A DNA stretch of 64,000 nt, taken from NCBI GenBank assembly GCA_963662285.2, contig CAXXMV010000002.1, positions 1,216,001-1,280,000 of the forward strand, written 5' to 3'. This DNA comes from a bacterium (lineage in GTDB: Bacteria > Hinthialibacterota > Hinthialibacteria > Hinthialibacterales > Hinthialibacteraceae). The notes beneath the pieces are model-generated. The model was given only the letters and a program-made list of their open reading frames with translations, was not told the origin of the DNA and made no database searches. A program made the position numbers and the translations under genes. Of the stretch, positions 53,292 to 61,906 are shown one piece after another; position 1 is the first letter of the stretch, and each line of letters begins with the position of its first letter.

Positions 53292-54500
53292 TTATGGATT
53301 GGTAGGCGCGGGGTGTTGTTGCGGCGCTGAGCCGTTAAACAAGTTATTGTTAATAGTCATATCTTGGACTCCTTCAGCCAGGAAAATCGCCGCTGTCTGG
53401 TGGGCTTTAGTATAAAAGATATTACCTGTGATGAGTATATCAGCTGGAATGGTCAGGAATCTCTCTTCGTCATCGATGCGGATTTCGCAATCTTTTTGGG
53501 CGTCATCTTTCTGTCCGTTTTCTTTGAAGATGTTGGATGTCACAATGACGCATTTCACGTCGGGCGCCCAGAGTCCCTCGCGACCGCTGTAGGCGATCAG
53601 GTTGTCATTGAGGGTGCAGAAACTGCTGTCTCTTTCGATGGTAACGCCGCGTGAGCCGTTGCGCAGGATGGTGTTTTCCGCGGCCAATACATGTCGGCAG
53701 CCCTCCAGGAAATAGCCTCCCATCTGGCTGTCGGCCACGACGCTGTTAACGAACTTGCCATTGTGGCTGTGGTAGAAGTGGGTTCCGTCTGATTGGGAGT
53801 GCTCGAAGCGGCATCCATCGACCAGCCAGCCGTCTACATAATAGAAGGCCACTGTTCCCTGGTCGCGGCGGTGGCTGTTTGGCGCAGGACCAGCCTTGGC
53901 GTCGAGGTAGTCTCCATAGTAATTGCAGCAGTTGATTCCGGTGACATTTATAATTGTCACATTGCGGATTGGTTGCTCGTCGCTTTCGCCGAACACGCCG
54001 ATAGCGTTGCTGGTCAGGTTTTCGAATCTTATATTAGATATGTGAATGTCATTGACCTGGCCATGAATCCTGATGCCTGCCAGGTTGGTTCCGGGGTCCC
54101 ATGCGTTGCGCTGGCCTATGATTTTTCCTCCACGAAAAGATACATGAGACGCGTTCTCGACGATGAAGCATTGGCCATCCTGCTGCATATCCTTGGATAA
54201 AACGAAGCAGGCGCCTTCCATAACCAGTTTGGCGCCGTTGGGTACGCGCAATCCCCGTGGATCGGTAATAGCGTATTCTCCAGGAGCGAATAGAAAGATG
54301 TGAGGAGAACCGGAAGCGGCATCCAGGGATTGCTGAATCCATTGTTGATGAGATGCGGCGTCTTGTTTGGCGTATGGACCGATGGCGGTGACGGACGAAT
54401 TGGCTGCGCTGCTATTGAATGAATTTGATGATGAGACGTCAACCGAAGAGCAACCCGATAAGAGACATGCGAAGATTAGAAGCAGAGGCGCCTTGTGCAT
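53292..54500 (-). CDS. Lipoprotein with right-handed parallel beta-helix repeats (pectin-lyase-like fold)
   Basis: Lipobox LSGC, FAPGEY, repeated N-x-I-x-x-N-G coils. Confidence 0.85.
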   Translation of the reverse strand: MHKAPLLLIFACLLSGCSSVDVSSSNSFNSSAANSSVTAIGPYAKQDAASHQQWIQQSLDAASGSPHIFLFAPGEYAITDPRGLRVPNGAKLVMEGACFVLSKDMQQDGQCFIVENASHVSFRGGKIIGQRNAWDPGTNLAGIRIHGQVNDIHISNIRFENLTSNAIGVFGESDEQPIRNVTIINVTGINCCNYYGDYLDAKAGPAPNSHRRDQGTVAFYYVDGWLVDGCRFEHSQSDGTHFYHSHNGKFVNSVVADSQMGGYFLEGCRHVLAAENTILRNGSRGVTIERDSSFCTLNDNLIAYSGREGLWAPDVKCVIVTSNIFKENGQKDDAQKDCEIRIDDEERFLTIPADILITGNIFYTKAHQTAAIFLAEGVQDMTINNNLFNGSAPQQHPAPTNP

Positions 54501-54697
54501 TGTGATTTCCCCGATTTGACTAAATTTGTTTTTTGCATCCTTTATATAATGACATAATAATCTGTTATTGTCCTATGTAGGGTATCAAATTTTTGATTTT
54601 TGATGATTCTGATTGATGCGCGGGCATAGATATACCTATGAGAACAGCGCGTTTGAACCCGTTCTAGTTTTTTTCCTGTTTTGTGATTATCTCAGGG

Positions 54698-55072
54698 CTA
54701 CTGTTTTATTAGCAAACCACTTTTCAGGTGCTCTGGACGTATGGGGTGTTCATAATCTTTACCAGTTTTTTTGGGAATCGGGAAAGAGAGCGCCTTATCA
54801 ACCGGAATTGAACCAAATTTTGGTTTGGCTGAGCCATTAGTTTTACTGACGGGGCTGTTTTGATTAGCCGATTTTTTGCCGTCGCCCTTAATCATGCTTT
54901 TGAGCCATAAGTTTCTGGTCTTGATGGATGAGCAGAACAAACGAAACAATGAAACGCATTTAGGTTTCAGCGGATCAAAGTCTTTGTTCAATACTCCAGC
55001 GATTTTTCTCAAGCAGTTTTCGAGAACCAATGAAACTTCTACTTCAAATTCACGCGTGGCTGTTGCATCCAT
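54698..55072 (-). CDS. Hypothetical basic protein, probably sigma54-transcribed
   Basis: RBS AGGAGG 5 nt before the ATG and a -24/-12 promoter upstream. Confidence 0.7.
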   Translation of the reverse strand: MDATATREFEVEVSLVLENCLRKIAGVLNKDFDPLKPKCVSLFRLFCSSIKTRNLWLKSMIKGDGKKSANQNSPVSKTNGSAKPKFGSIPVDKALSFPIPKKTGKDYEHPIRPEHLKSGLLIKQ

Positions 55073-55108
55073 GATAGCCTCCTGGAAAAAAGATTTGCAA
55101 CGTTAATA

Positions 55109-55125
55109 GGCAAGATGCGTGCCAA
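55109..55125 (-). promoter_or_regulatory. Sigma54 (-24/-12) promoter
   Basis: Minus strand reads TTGGCACGCATCTTGCC, fitting TGGCACG-N4-TTGC. Confidence 0.8.
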
Positions 55126-55259
55126 AAGTGAACTTTTGAGCAAGATGTGTTCTGTAATCCCTCTCCAACTAGCCCTCTCCCGGCGAGCTACTCTCCAGAC
55201 AGAAATAAGGAGAGGAGAATAAAACGGGGAGCATTATAGAGCGGACAGCATCATGAAGC

Positions 55260-55479
55260 GGGGAGCATCGGCTTCTAGCCGGTGTGTCAAATAGAATAGA
55301 ATGAACCCCATTATGCATAAAAAGTTATTCATCAATAGAAGCATACCGGTTGATGAATAGGCAGGGAGTATTTCGACCGGATAATCCGTTTGGAATCGTA
55401 TTTATTCTAAAATGGAATTATATTTGATCCAATCCGGCTAGAAAGGGATTAGTGCACCGGCTAGAAGCCGATGCTCCCC
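55260..55479. repeat. 25-bp perfect inverted repeats enclosing 170 bp (REP pair or MITE-like element)
   Basis: ggggagcatcggcttctagccggtg (55260-55284) and caccggctagaagccgatgctcccc (55455-55479). Confidence 0.85.
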
Positions 55480-55528
55480 TGTGTGATGGAATAGGCGAAT
55501 TTTTATTGATAACTTAAGATGAGCGCTA

Positions 55529-56377
55529 TTATTTAGGAGTGTAATTTGGCCCGATAATCAGAAGTGGATTTGGTAAATTTTCTTGAACAATCTCTAATTT
55601 ACTGCCAAAGATTTTTTCTTTAAGATTTTTATGTCCGACCGCTCCGATTACGGCTAATGAATCATAGGGGATATTAAATAAGTTATCTTCCAATGTTCCC
55701 TTTTCGAAGATATCCCATTTTATTTCACCCGATTGGATTTTATCATTAAAGGAACTATTTTTTAATTTCGCGTAATAAGAATTTTTATACCGGCTTTCGA
55801 CTTGAGTAAAGATAGATAATGGCAATCCACTTTTTTGAGACAAAGTATAAGCGAGATTGAGCGCTTTTAAGGAGAGTTTAGAACCTCCAAAAAAACATAC
55901 AATGCTCTTCCATTCCTTAAAGACAGGAGTTGTGATCAAGACGGGGTAATTGGCATTCATTATAATTTGGCGTACTCTTGCGCCTAAATAGCCAATACGT
56001 ATTCTGGCAACCGGCTCGATGATGCTTCGGGGACATGTCATAAAATCAAAATTGGTTGGAATATTAGGAAGGGTGCTTGCGGTGAATTCATCAGGTTTGT
56101 ATATATTATAATTAATTTTGAATTTATCCAGAATATCTGATAATCTTTGGGCTGTTAAACTTGGCTGCTCAACAATATAGGACGAATCTAAATCTACTGT
56201 TATTACGTTGAATTCATAATATAAAAGGAATTGTTTTTGCTGTGGGATATAAATATTTAATTGCGTGTCTGGGATAGTTTTGCAAAACAAGGCGGATTGT
56301 AATAGAGTTTCGCGTCCGAAAAGATTATCCCGGTAAATGTGAATCAAACTGTTCATGATAAATTCTCCTGTGATCAT
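55529..56377 (-). CDS. Universal-stress-protein-like (tandem USP fold)
   Basis: YPVLI, FFGGSKLSLKAL, VIGAVGHKNLKEKIFGSKLE, NPLLII. Confidence 0.75.
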   Translation of the reverse strand: MITGEFIMNSLIHIYRDNLFGRETLLQSALFCKTIPDTQLNIYIPQQKQFLLYYEFNVITVDLDSSYIVEQPSLTAQRLSDILDKFKINYNIYKPDEFTASTLPNIPTNFDFMTCPRSIIEPVARIRIGYLGARVRQIIMNANYPVLITTPVFKEWKSIVCFFGGSKLSLKALNLAYTLSQKSGLPLSIFTQVESRYKNSYYAKLKNSSFNDKIQSGEIKWDIFEKGTLEDNLFNIPYDSLAVIGAVGHKNLKEKIFGSKLEIVQENLPNPLLIIGPNYTPK

Positions 56378-56414
56378 ATATTGGTTAAGAATTGTAATTG
56401 GAAAATAAATAAGG

Positions 56415-58154
56415 TTAATAACGATTACTTGTTTGTAGAATCAATTCTTTACGGTATTGTGAAAAAATATCATTTTTTCTAATAACGCCTATGTATATCT
56501 CATTTTCAGTGATAGGAACAATATCAACAAATTCATGCTCAAAATATTGGACAATATCAATGAGAGAATCGTTGGGAGAAAACTCATCAATTGAACCGCT
56601 CACAATTTCTTCAGCCAAAATTACATCATATAATTCTTTTTGTTGGATTAAATAGAATATCTTTTCTACATGAATAAAACCGATGAATTTTTTTGAGTGT
56701 TGGTCAACGACAGGATATACAGTTAAATTGTTTTTCTTGATTAAATCGATAATTTTTCGGAGTTTCATGTGAGGAGAGATAGTAACATGAGGATGAAATA
56801 ATATGTCTTTAACACGAGTATCAGCAAGGATGCGTTGATCAGTTCCGGGCCGTAAAAGCTGATTGTGTTTAACAAGTTCGTAATGATAGATTGATGCCTT
56901 TAAATAGAAGCGGGAAATTAATGAGGATAGAATGGAAACAAGTATCAAGGGTACCATTACTTCATACTCACCGGTTATTTCGACAATCAGGAAAACTCCT
57001 GTTAGAGGAGCCAAGAGAACGCCGCTGATTGTTCCTGCCATACCAATCAGTGCAAAGCAACCACCGCTGGCCCATATATTACCGGGGAATAAGATGTGAA
57101 GAATATGAGAAAACCCATGTCCTACAATACAACCTATTACAAGAGATGGCGCGAAAACGCCGCCGGCGCTTCCTGTTCCAAGAGTTAAAGATGTAGCTAG
57201 GATTTTTGCAGCGAGGAGCATTACCAGATAGTCGAGGGTGGAGTATGAGGAGTTTTCTATAAGATTATGGACGAATTCATATCCTTCACCAAAGATTTCA
57301 GGATATAGCATTCCAATAATGCCTACTCCCAATCCTCCCAGGATAGCTTTGAAAAAAGTATTGGGGATGTAACTGCATGCACGTTCGATTTTTCGCATGC
57401 TTATAGAGAAGATAATAGCGCTAATCGAACATAAAATTGCCAGTAAAATGCAGGCTAATACGTCCCAGGTATCAATAGAGAAGGTGATATGATCGAATGG
57501 AATCTGGTTGCCATTAAAAATATGACTGATTTGATTGGCGGTGATTGAGGCCATGGCGATGGGGACTATATTGATAGTCAGCCAGTCGCCCAGGACGATT
57601 TCTAATGCAAAAATTAATCCAGTGATTGGAGCATTAAAGATTGCTGATATGGCAGATGCGATTCCTCCTCCCAATAAAATGATGCGCTGACGTTCTTTCA
57701 ACTTAAAAAAACATGCAATGTTTGATCCGAATGATGCTCCGCTAACTACAATAGGACCTTCCGGGCCAGCCGAACCTCCAGATGCAATTGTTGCTATGCA
57801 GCTCAGCAAGTGAGAGATTGACGAGCGGAAGCGTAAAAGGCCTCCTTTGCGGAATACGCTGTATATAACGATGGGAACGGAGTGCCCGGAACCTTCGCGA
57901 AAAAAAACGCTGAGTATGAAAACCGATAAAAATGCTCCAATGGAAGGGAAAAAGATGTAGTAATAATATTCTTGAAAGTTGTTGAGATAAGATGAGAGGA
58001 ATACGATAGTGCGATTAAATAGAATGGTGACAAGACCCACGCAGAGACCAACCGGGATGCTTAGAAGAATTAAATAAAAGTGTTCATCAAAAAAAGGGAA
58101 TAAGGTTTCTCTGCTTAAAAGAGTCTTTTTTTTACTTGCGGGAGGATTTGACAT
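56415..58154 (-). CDS. ClC-family chloride channel/antiporter with C-terminal CBS domains
   Basis: GGSAGPEGP, FNAPITG, GGVFAPSL, SIY, CBS pair. Confidence 0.93.
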   Translation of the reverse strand: MSNPPASKKKTLLSRETLFPFFDEHFYLILLSIPVGLCVGLVTILFNRTIVFLSSYLNNFQEYYYYIFFPSIGAFLSVFILSVFFREGSGHSVPIVIYSVFRKGGLLRFRSSISHLLSCIATIASGGSAGPEGPIVVSGASFGSNIACFFKLKERQRIILLGGGIASAISAIFNAPITGLIFALEIVLGDWLTINIVPIAMASITANQISHIFNGNQIPFDHITFSIDTWDVLACILLAILCSISAIIFSISMRKIERACSYIPNTFFKAILGGLGVGIIGMLYPEIFGEGYEFVHNLIENSSYSTLDYLVMLLAAKILATSLTLGTGSAGGVFAPSLVIGCIVGHGFSHILHILFPGNIWASGGCFALIGMAGTISGVLLAPLTGVFLIVEITGEYEVMVPLILVSILSSLISRFYLKASIYHYELVKHNQLLRPGTDQRILADTRVKDILFHPHVTISPHMKLRKIIDLIKKNNLTVYPVVDQHSKKFIGFIHVEKIFYLIQQKELYDVILAEEIVSGSIDEFSPNDSLIDIVQYFEHEFVDIVPITENEIYIGVIRKNDIFSQYRKELILQTSNRY

Positions 58155-58182
58155 TGTTTAAATAAAACCTAAATTATACTGT

Positions 58183-58878
58183 TTATAGCCATTTTTCTTC
58201 TAATTTATCCACATAATCCACGATATCAGCAACTGTTCGTTTCTGATATATCATTTCGAGAATTTGTTTCTCTTGAATGATCATTCCTAATTTAGAAAGT
58301 AAATGCAGGTGGATTTTTGTATTTGAGGATAACAATAACATTATTATTGATACCGGTTTGTCATCTATCGCATTGAAAGGGATGGCGGTTTCAAAAGACC
58401 AAATACTGATGATAGGCGCAGGTAAAATATTTCCGATAGGTTTTCTGGGGTGAGGTATTGCGATGCCATTTCCAAGACCGGTAGACGCCACTTTTTCTCT
58501 TTCGAGAATTTTGTTTAGTAGTTTGTCGCGGTCGATTTCTTCGGGTATTTTTATGTTGTTCACAATGTGATTAAGAGCTGTTTGAGCATCGACGATCTTC
58601 GTGCAGTGATGTACTCCTCCGCGCTCTATGGCTTTGCTCAATAAATCAATGCCGGAATTTTGTGTATTAGGTTGCAGGGTTGGTTCGATCCATGAAAAAT
58701 TGTTTTTTTTAACCCATGTTTTCAAATCTTGTTTGTTGAATTGAAGGACGCCGTTGGTTTGCTTTCCCGGTAAAGAACCATTTCGATACCATCTTTCGAG
58801 AACATGTTTTGACACGCCTAAATATTGGGCCGCTTGATCGCAACTAAAGGTATTTTCAATTTTATTATCAGGATGCAT
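58183..58878 (-). CDS. HTH (excisionase-like) fused to a PTS EIIA (PtsN/Ntr-type) domain
   Basis: AAQYLGVS...W HTH, then REKVASTGLGNGIAIPHPR and HLHLLSKL. Confidence 0.92.
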   Translation of the reverse strand: MHPDNKIENTFSCDQAAQYLGVSKHVLERWYRNGSLPGKQTNGVLQFNKQDLKTWVKKNNFSWIEPTLQPNTQNSGIDLLSKAIERGGVHHCTKIVDAQTALNHIVNNIKIPEEIDRDKLLNKILEREKVASTGLGNGIAIPHPRKPIGNILPAPIISIWSFETAIPFNAIDDKPVSIIMLLLSSNTKIHLHLLSKLGMIIQEKQILEMIYQKRTVADIVDYVDKLEEKWL

Positions 58879-59234
58879 GGACTCTCCGTCCTTGAGTCTT
58901 TTAATTGTAAACGGCCAGTTATCTAAATTATAATTTTATAAAGCTTATTATAACCATGAGACTACGAGCAGCGTCAATTATTTTGTTGCTGGAAGCGTTA
59001 TCATCGTAAGGTATTGAATATAAGAGAGATAGACGTATTTCCGCTTTATCAGTATGACCGTTTAATATAAATTATACTTAGTAAAACCAAAAACAGGAGT
59101 CTTATGTAATAAATTTTATTTTAAGCTATGCGGAGTCGGCAAAAAGCGGAGTAATGACGAAATATAGCGTTGAGAATCAAGATTTTAAGCTATTTTTGAT
59201 GGATTAAATGAAAAATAGGCTACGCTGGCGCTTT

Positions 59235-59441
59235 TCAGCCGAGCCTGCTTTTCGTCTTGGCGTTTTTCCAGAAATCTTTACCAAGCAAAGGAGCGGCGTC
59301 GGGATCGTTCTTGACGGCTTGCTCGATATCTTCATCGGTCAGAGCCGCGATGCGCGCCCAGTCGGCGCCGGTGGGCACGCCTTTGATACGGCGTTCTTCC
59401 AGTTCTTGGGCTGTGTATTTAGTAATCTTCGATTCGCTCAT
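59235..59441 (-). pseudogene. BrnA-like antitoxin, C-terminally truncated (no RHH domain)
   Basis: DWARIAALTDEDIEQAVKNDPDAAP...DFWKNA, then an early stop. The expected IRLDxDV...GYQTRIN segment is absent. Confidence 0.65.
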
Positions 59442-59682
59442 TTTTCCGCGCCTTCCGTACTGAAATAATCCTGAATACATCGCCGCGGATAGTGAAAACT
59501 ACGGCTATCCAATGGTACCCGTATTGACCAACCGCAACCCATCGATCTTCATCATACCTTGGTGAGAACTTGGCGTATTCATATTCGCCAACACGAATCA
59601 ACTCGGCGCCATCTTCCAAGGAAAAACCGTGCTTCTCGATATTGATCCTGTTTTTGTTCTCGTCCCATTCGAATTCTATCAT
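59419..59682 (-). CDS. BrnT-family ribonuclease toxin
   Basis: FEWDENKNRINIEKHG, EDRWVAVG, RIISVRKARKNE. Overlaps the antitoxin start. Confidence 0.92.
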   Translation of the reverse strand: MIEFEWDENKNRINIEKHGFSLEDGAELIRVGEYEYAKFSPRYDEDRWVAVGQYGYHWIAVVFTIRGDVFRIISVRKARKNERIEDY

Positions 59683-59830
59683 ATTATACACATTTTCTGT
59701 TAATATGGCAATTCAAGATTAAAGATAAGGTTAAAAAGAGCATCATATAGCCGTTACCCAGGTCAAACAATTACATTGGTCTCTTTCTTATATACCTTGA
59801 TTTATGTTGAGCAGTTTTATGAGTAAAAAT

Positions 59831-60922
59831 TCAGGATAATTCTTTAAGATAACTAAGATAACTATCGGCTGTTTTGAAATAAAATAATTTATCTCTTCCT
59901 GTTAAATCAACGTACCTTTGAAATATTAATGGATTGGGATCAATAATACTAAACTCTTTTAAATTATTGTTTTTCCTGATAGTTCTTCTAAATAAATTAG
60001 CACTTTCAAAGTCATTTGAGGGGCAAGAGTAACCAAAGACTACGATTTTACTAGCAAATTTTAAGGCGGTTTCGGCTTCATTCCATAATGGCTTTAAATC
60101 ATTGTGTAGAATTCCTGCCTTGTGTGTAACTGGAGGTATGACAATAGGAAATGTTAACTTTCTTGAGCTTGATTTCATCTTCATATCAGTATCGATTATA
60201 GTTCTTGGTGTAATCAAAAAAGCACGATTTTGATCAAAAATAGATTCTTTTGATAATTCTCTTTCAGTGTGTAATGAATTCCAATTTAGAGAACCATGAA
60301 GTTTAAACAAACGAATTCCTTGATCATTTGAGTCTCCTGCCAGGAATTTTTTAAATCCTTCAGGTGGTTTACTGAGTTTACAATTGGAATCAGAAAGCCC
60401 ATAACAATAAGGGAAATTAAATATCTGCCCATATCGTTCTTTTCTTTTAGTTGATTGAATTTCATTAAGTATTTTCTCTATTTGAATATCTTGATTAAAC
60501 GTAATAATAGTGATTTCTTTTGGGAGTATACCACTATCAATAGCATTTGTAATAATCCTATAAAGTTTGAAATAGCAAGTTGGTTTGAGATTATTTGTTG
60601 TATCAGCAATTCTTTTATTGAGGATTCTGATTAAATCACGAAACGCGGGAAATGCCTGATCACTTAATCCTGAGTTAAATATATCTGCATAAATAATTGA
60701 CATTATTGATTCTAAACTATCTAGGTCGGGATTAGTAGGATCAAAACCGTAAGTCTTGTCAAGATATTTTTTAATATTATCGTAATATTTATAACGAGAT
60801 ACTCCTTTGAAAAAACCTTGATCAAGAGGTGGTTGAATTCGATTAGGTTTATTCGTTGCTTCACAGCGAGTGGCTCCTGCTCCCACTATTACTAATAATT
60901 TTGTTGTCCGAATTTTTCTCAT
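59831..60922 (-). CDS. SIR2-like domain protein (candidate anti-phage NADase)
   Basis: IVGAGA, ITFNQD, KLHGSLNW, IPP, VFGYS. Very AT-rich. Confidence 0.85.
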   Translation of the reverse strand: MRKIRTTKLLVIVGAGATRCEATNKPNRIQPPLDQGFFKGVSRYKYYDNIKKYLDKTYGFDPTNPDLDSLESIMSIIYADIFNSGLSDQAFPAFRDLIRILNKRIADTTNNLKPTCYFKLYRIITNAIDSGILPKEITIITFNQDIQIEKILNEIQSTKRKERYGQIFNFPYCYGLSDSNCKLSKPPEGFKKFLAGDSNDQGIRLFKLHGSLNWNSLHTERELSKESIFDQNRAFLITPRTIIDTDMKMKSSSRKLTFPIVIPPVTHKAGILHNDLKPLWNEAETALKFASKIVVFGYSCPSNDFESANLFRRTIRKNNNLKEFSIIDPNPLIFQRYVDLTGRDKLFYFKTADSYLSYLKELS

Positions 60923-60979
60923 TTTTCTATTATCTTATTTCTCCGTTGAACCTATTTTTACAAAAGAAATCTCATCAAA

Positions 60980-61018
60980 GGTGGGCTACGCCGCTTTGCG
61001 GCTTTTAGCCCACCCTAC
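60980..61018 (-). repeat. GTAG-type REP element
   Basis: Minus strand reads GTAG-GGTGGGCTA-aaa-GCCGC-AAA-GCGGC-g-TAGCCCACC. Confidence 0.8.
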
Positions 61019-61028
61019 GATATAATCA

Positions 61029-61655
61029 TCACTGGTTGCTCCATCCGGCGTGGTAGAATTGTTCGAAGTATTCGGTGCCGCTGCCTTTGCGGAATTCCCA
61101 GATGTACCAGATATCGCCGTTGCTGGCTACGCCGTTGCTTGAAGCGTAGGCTGCTGGTCCCTGGCTGCGGTGCCAGTCGCCGCTGTCGCTGTCGGGTCCG
61201 GCGGCGGATAGAAGACCCCAGCCGCCGTCTTTGTTGGAGCATCCATAATCTTCATAAGAATAGAAAAGACCTTTAGCGAAGGGATCGACCGGAATGGAAC
61301 TTAAATAGGAGATCGGCGTAGTCAGCGGCTGGTATATCCGGCCATCGAATCGCATGGTTCCCTGACCAGCCACCATTGTTATACCGCTGTCAGATGCCGT
61401 TTTGCCGAAATATTCTCCAGTGGGGCAGCATTCAGGCGTCCCATCGCAGTCGTTGCTATCAATCAACCAGCGGTTTCGATCCAGATGCATCATCTCGGTG
61501 GCGTTTAGGATGGTTCGCATATCGGCCATAGTGCGTGAAACCTTGGCGCGGACTTGGGCGTTCAAGAAATTGGGTACGGCAATGGCGGCCAGGATTCCGA
61601 TGATTGCCACAACAATTAACAGTTCGATCAGAGTAAAGGCTTTGGCTTTGGTCAT
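61029..61655 (-). CDS. Prepilin-type N-terminal cleavage/methylation domain protein
   Basis: KA|FTLIELLIVVAIIGILAAIAVPNFLNAQVRAK, LTTPISY, DPF, SAAGPD, YASSNG. Confidence 0.93.
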   Translation of the reverse strand: MTKAKAFTLIELLIVVAIIGILAAIAVPNFLNAQVRAKVSRTMADMRTILNATEMMHLDRNRWLIDSNDCDGTPECCPTGEYFGKTASDSGITMVAGQGTMRFDGRIYQPLTTPISYLSSIPVDPFAKGLFYSYEDYGCSNKDGGWGLLSAAGPDSDSGDWHRSQGPAAYASSNGVASNGDIWYIWEFRKGSGTEYFEQFYHAGWSNQ

Positions 61656-61906
61656 GATTTCAACTCTTTCGTCTTTAGATATCGATATTCAAAGACATAT
61701 TACGGACTAATTGTTTAGTAATCATTAACTTATCATATTCGGAAACGAAGAAAAAGGGCGCTTCTTTGTTATAGGATTTGATCATCTATATCGCAGTGAA
61801 TGCTGATCAATCGTTGTACAGAGGTTGATATTATGTTGTGAAATGTATTATCTTTGGTATGGTTGCAAAATACAACCATATTTATGGGAAGGATAAAAAT
61901 ACTGCT

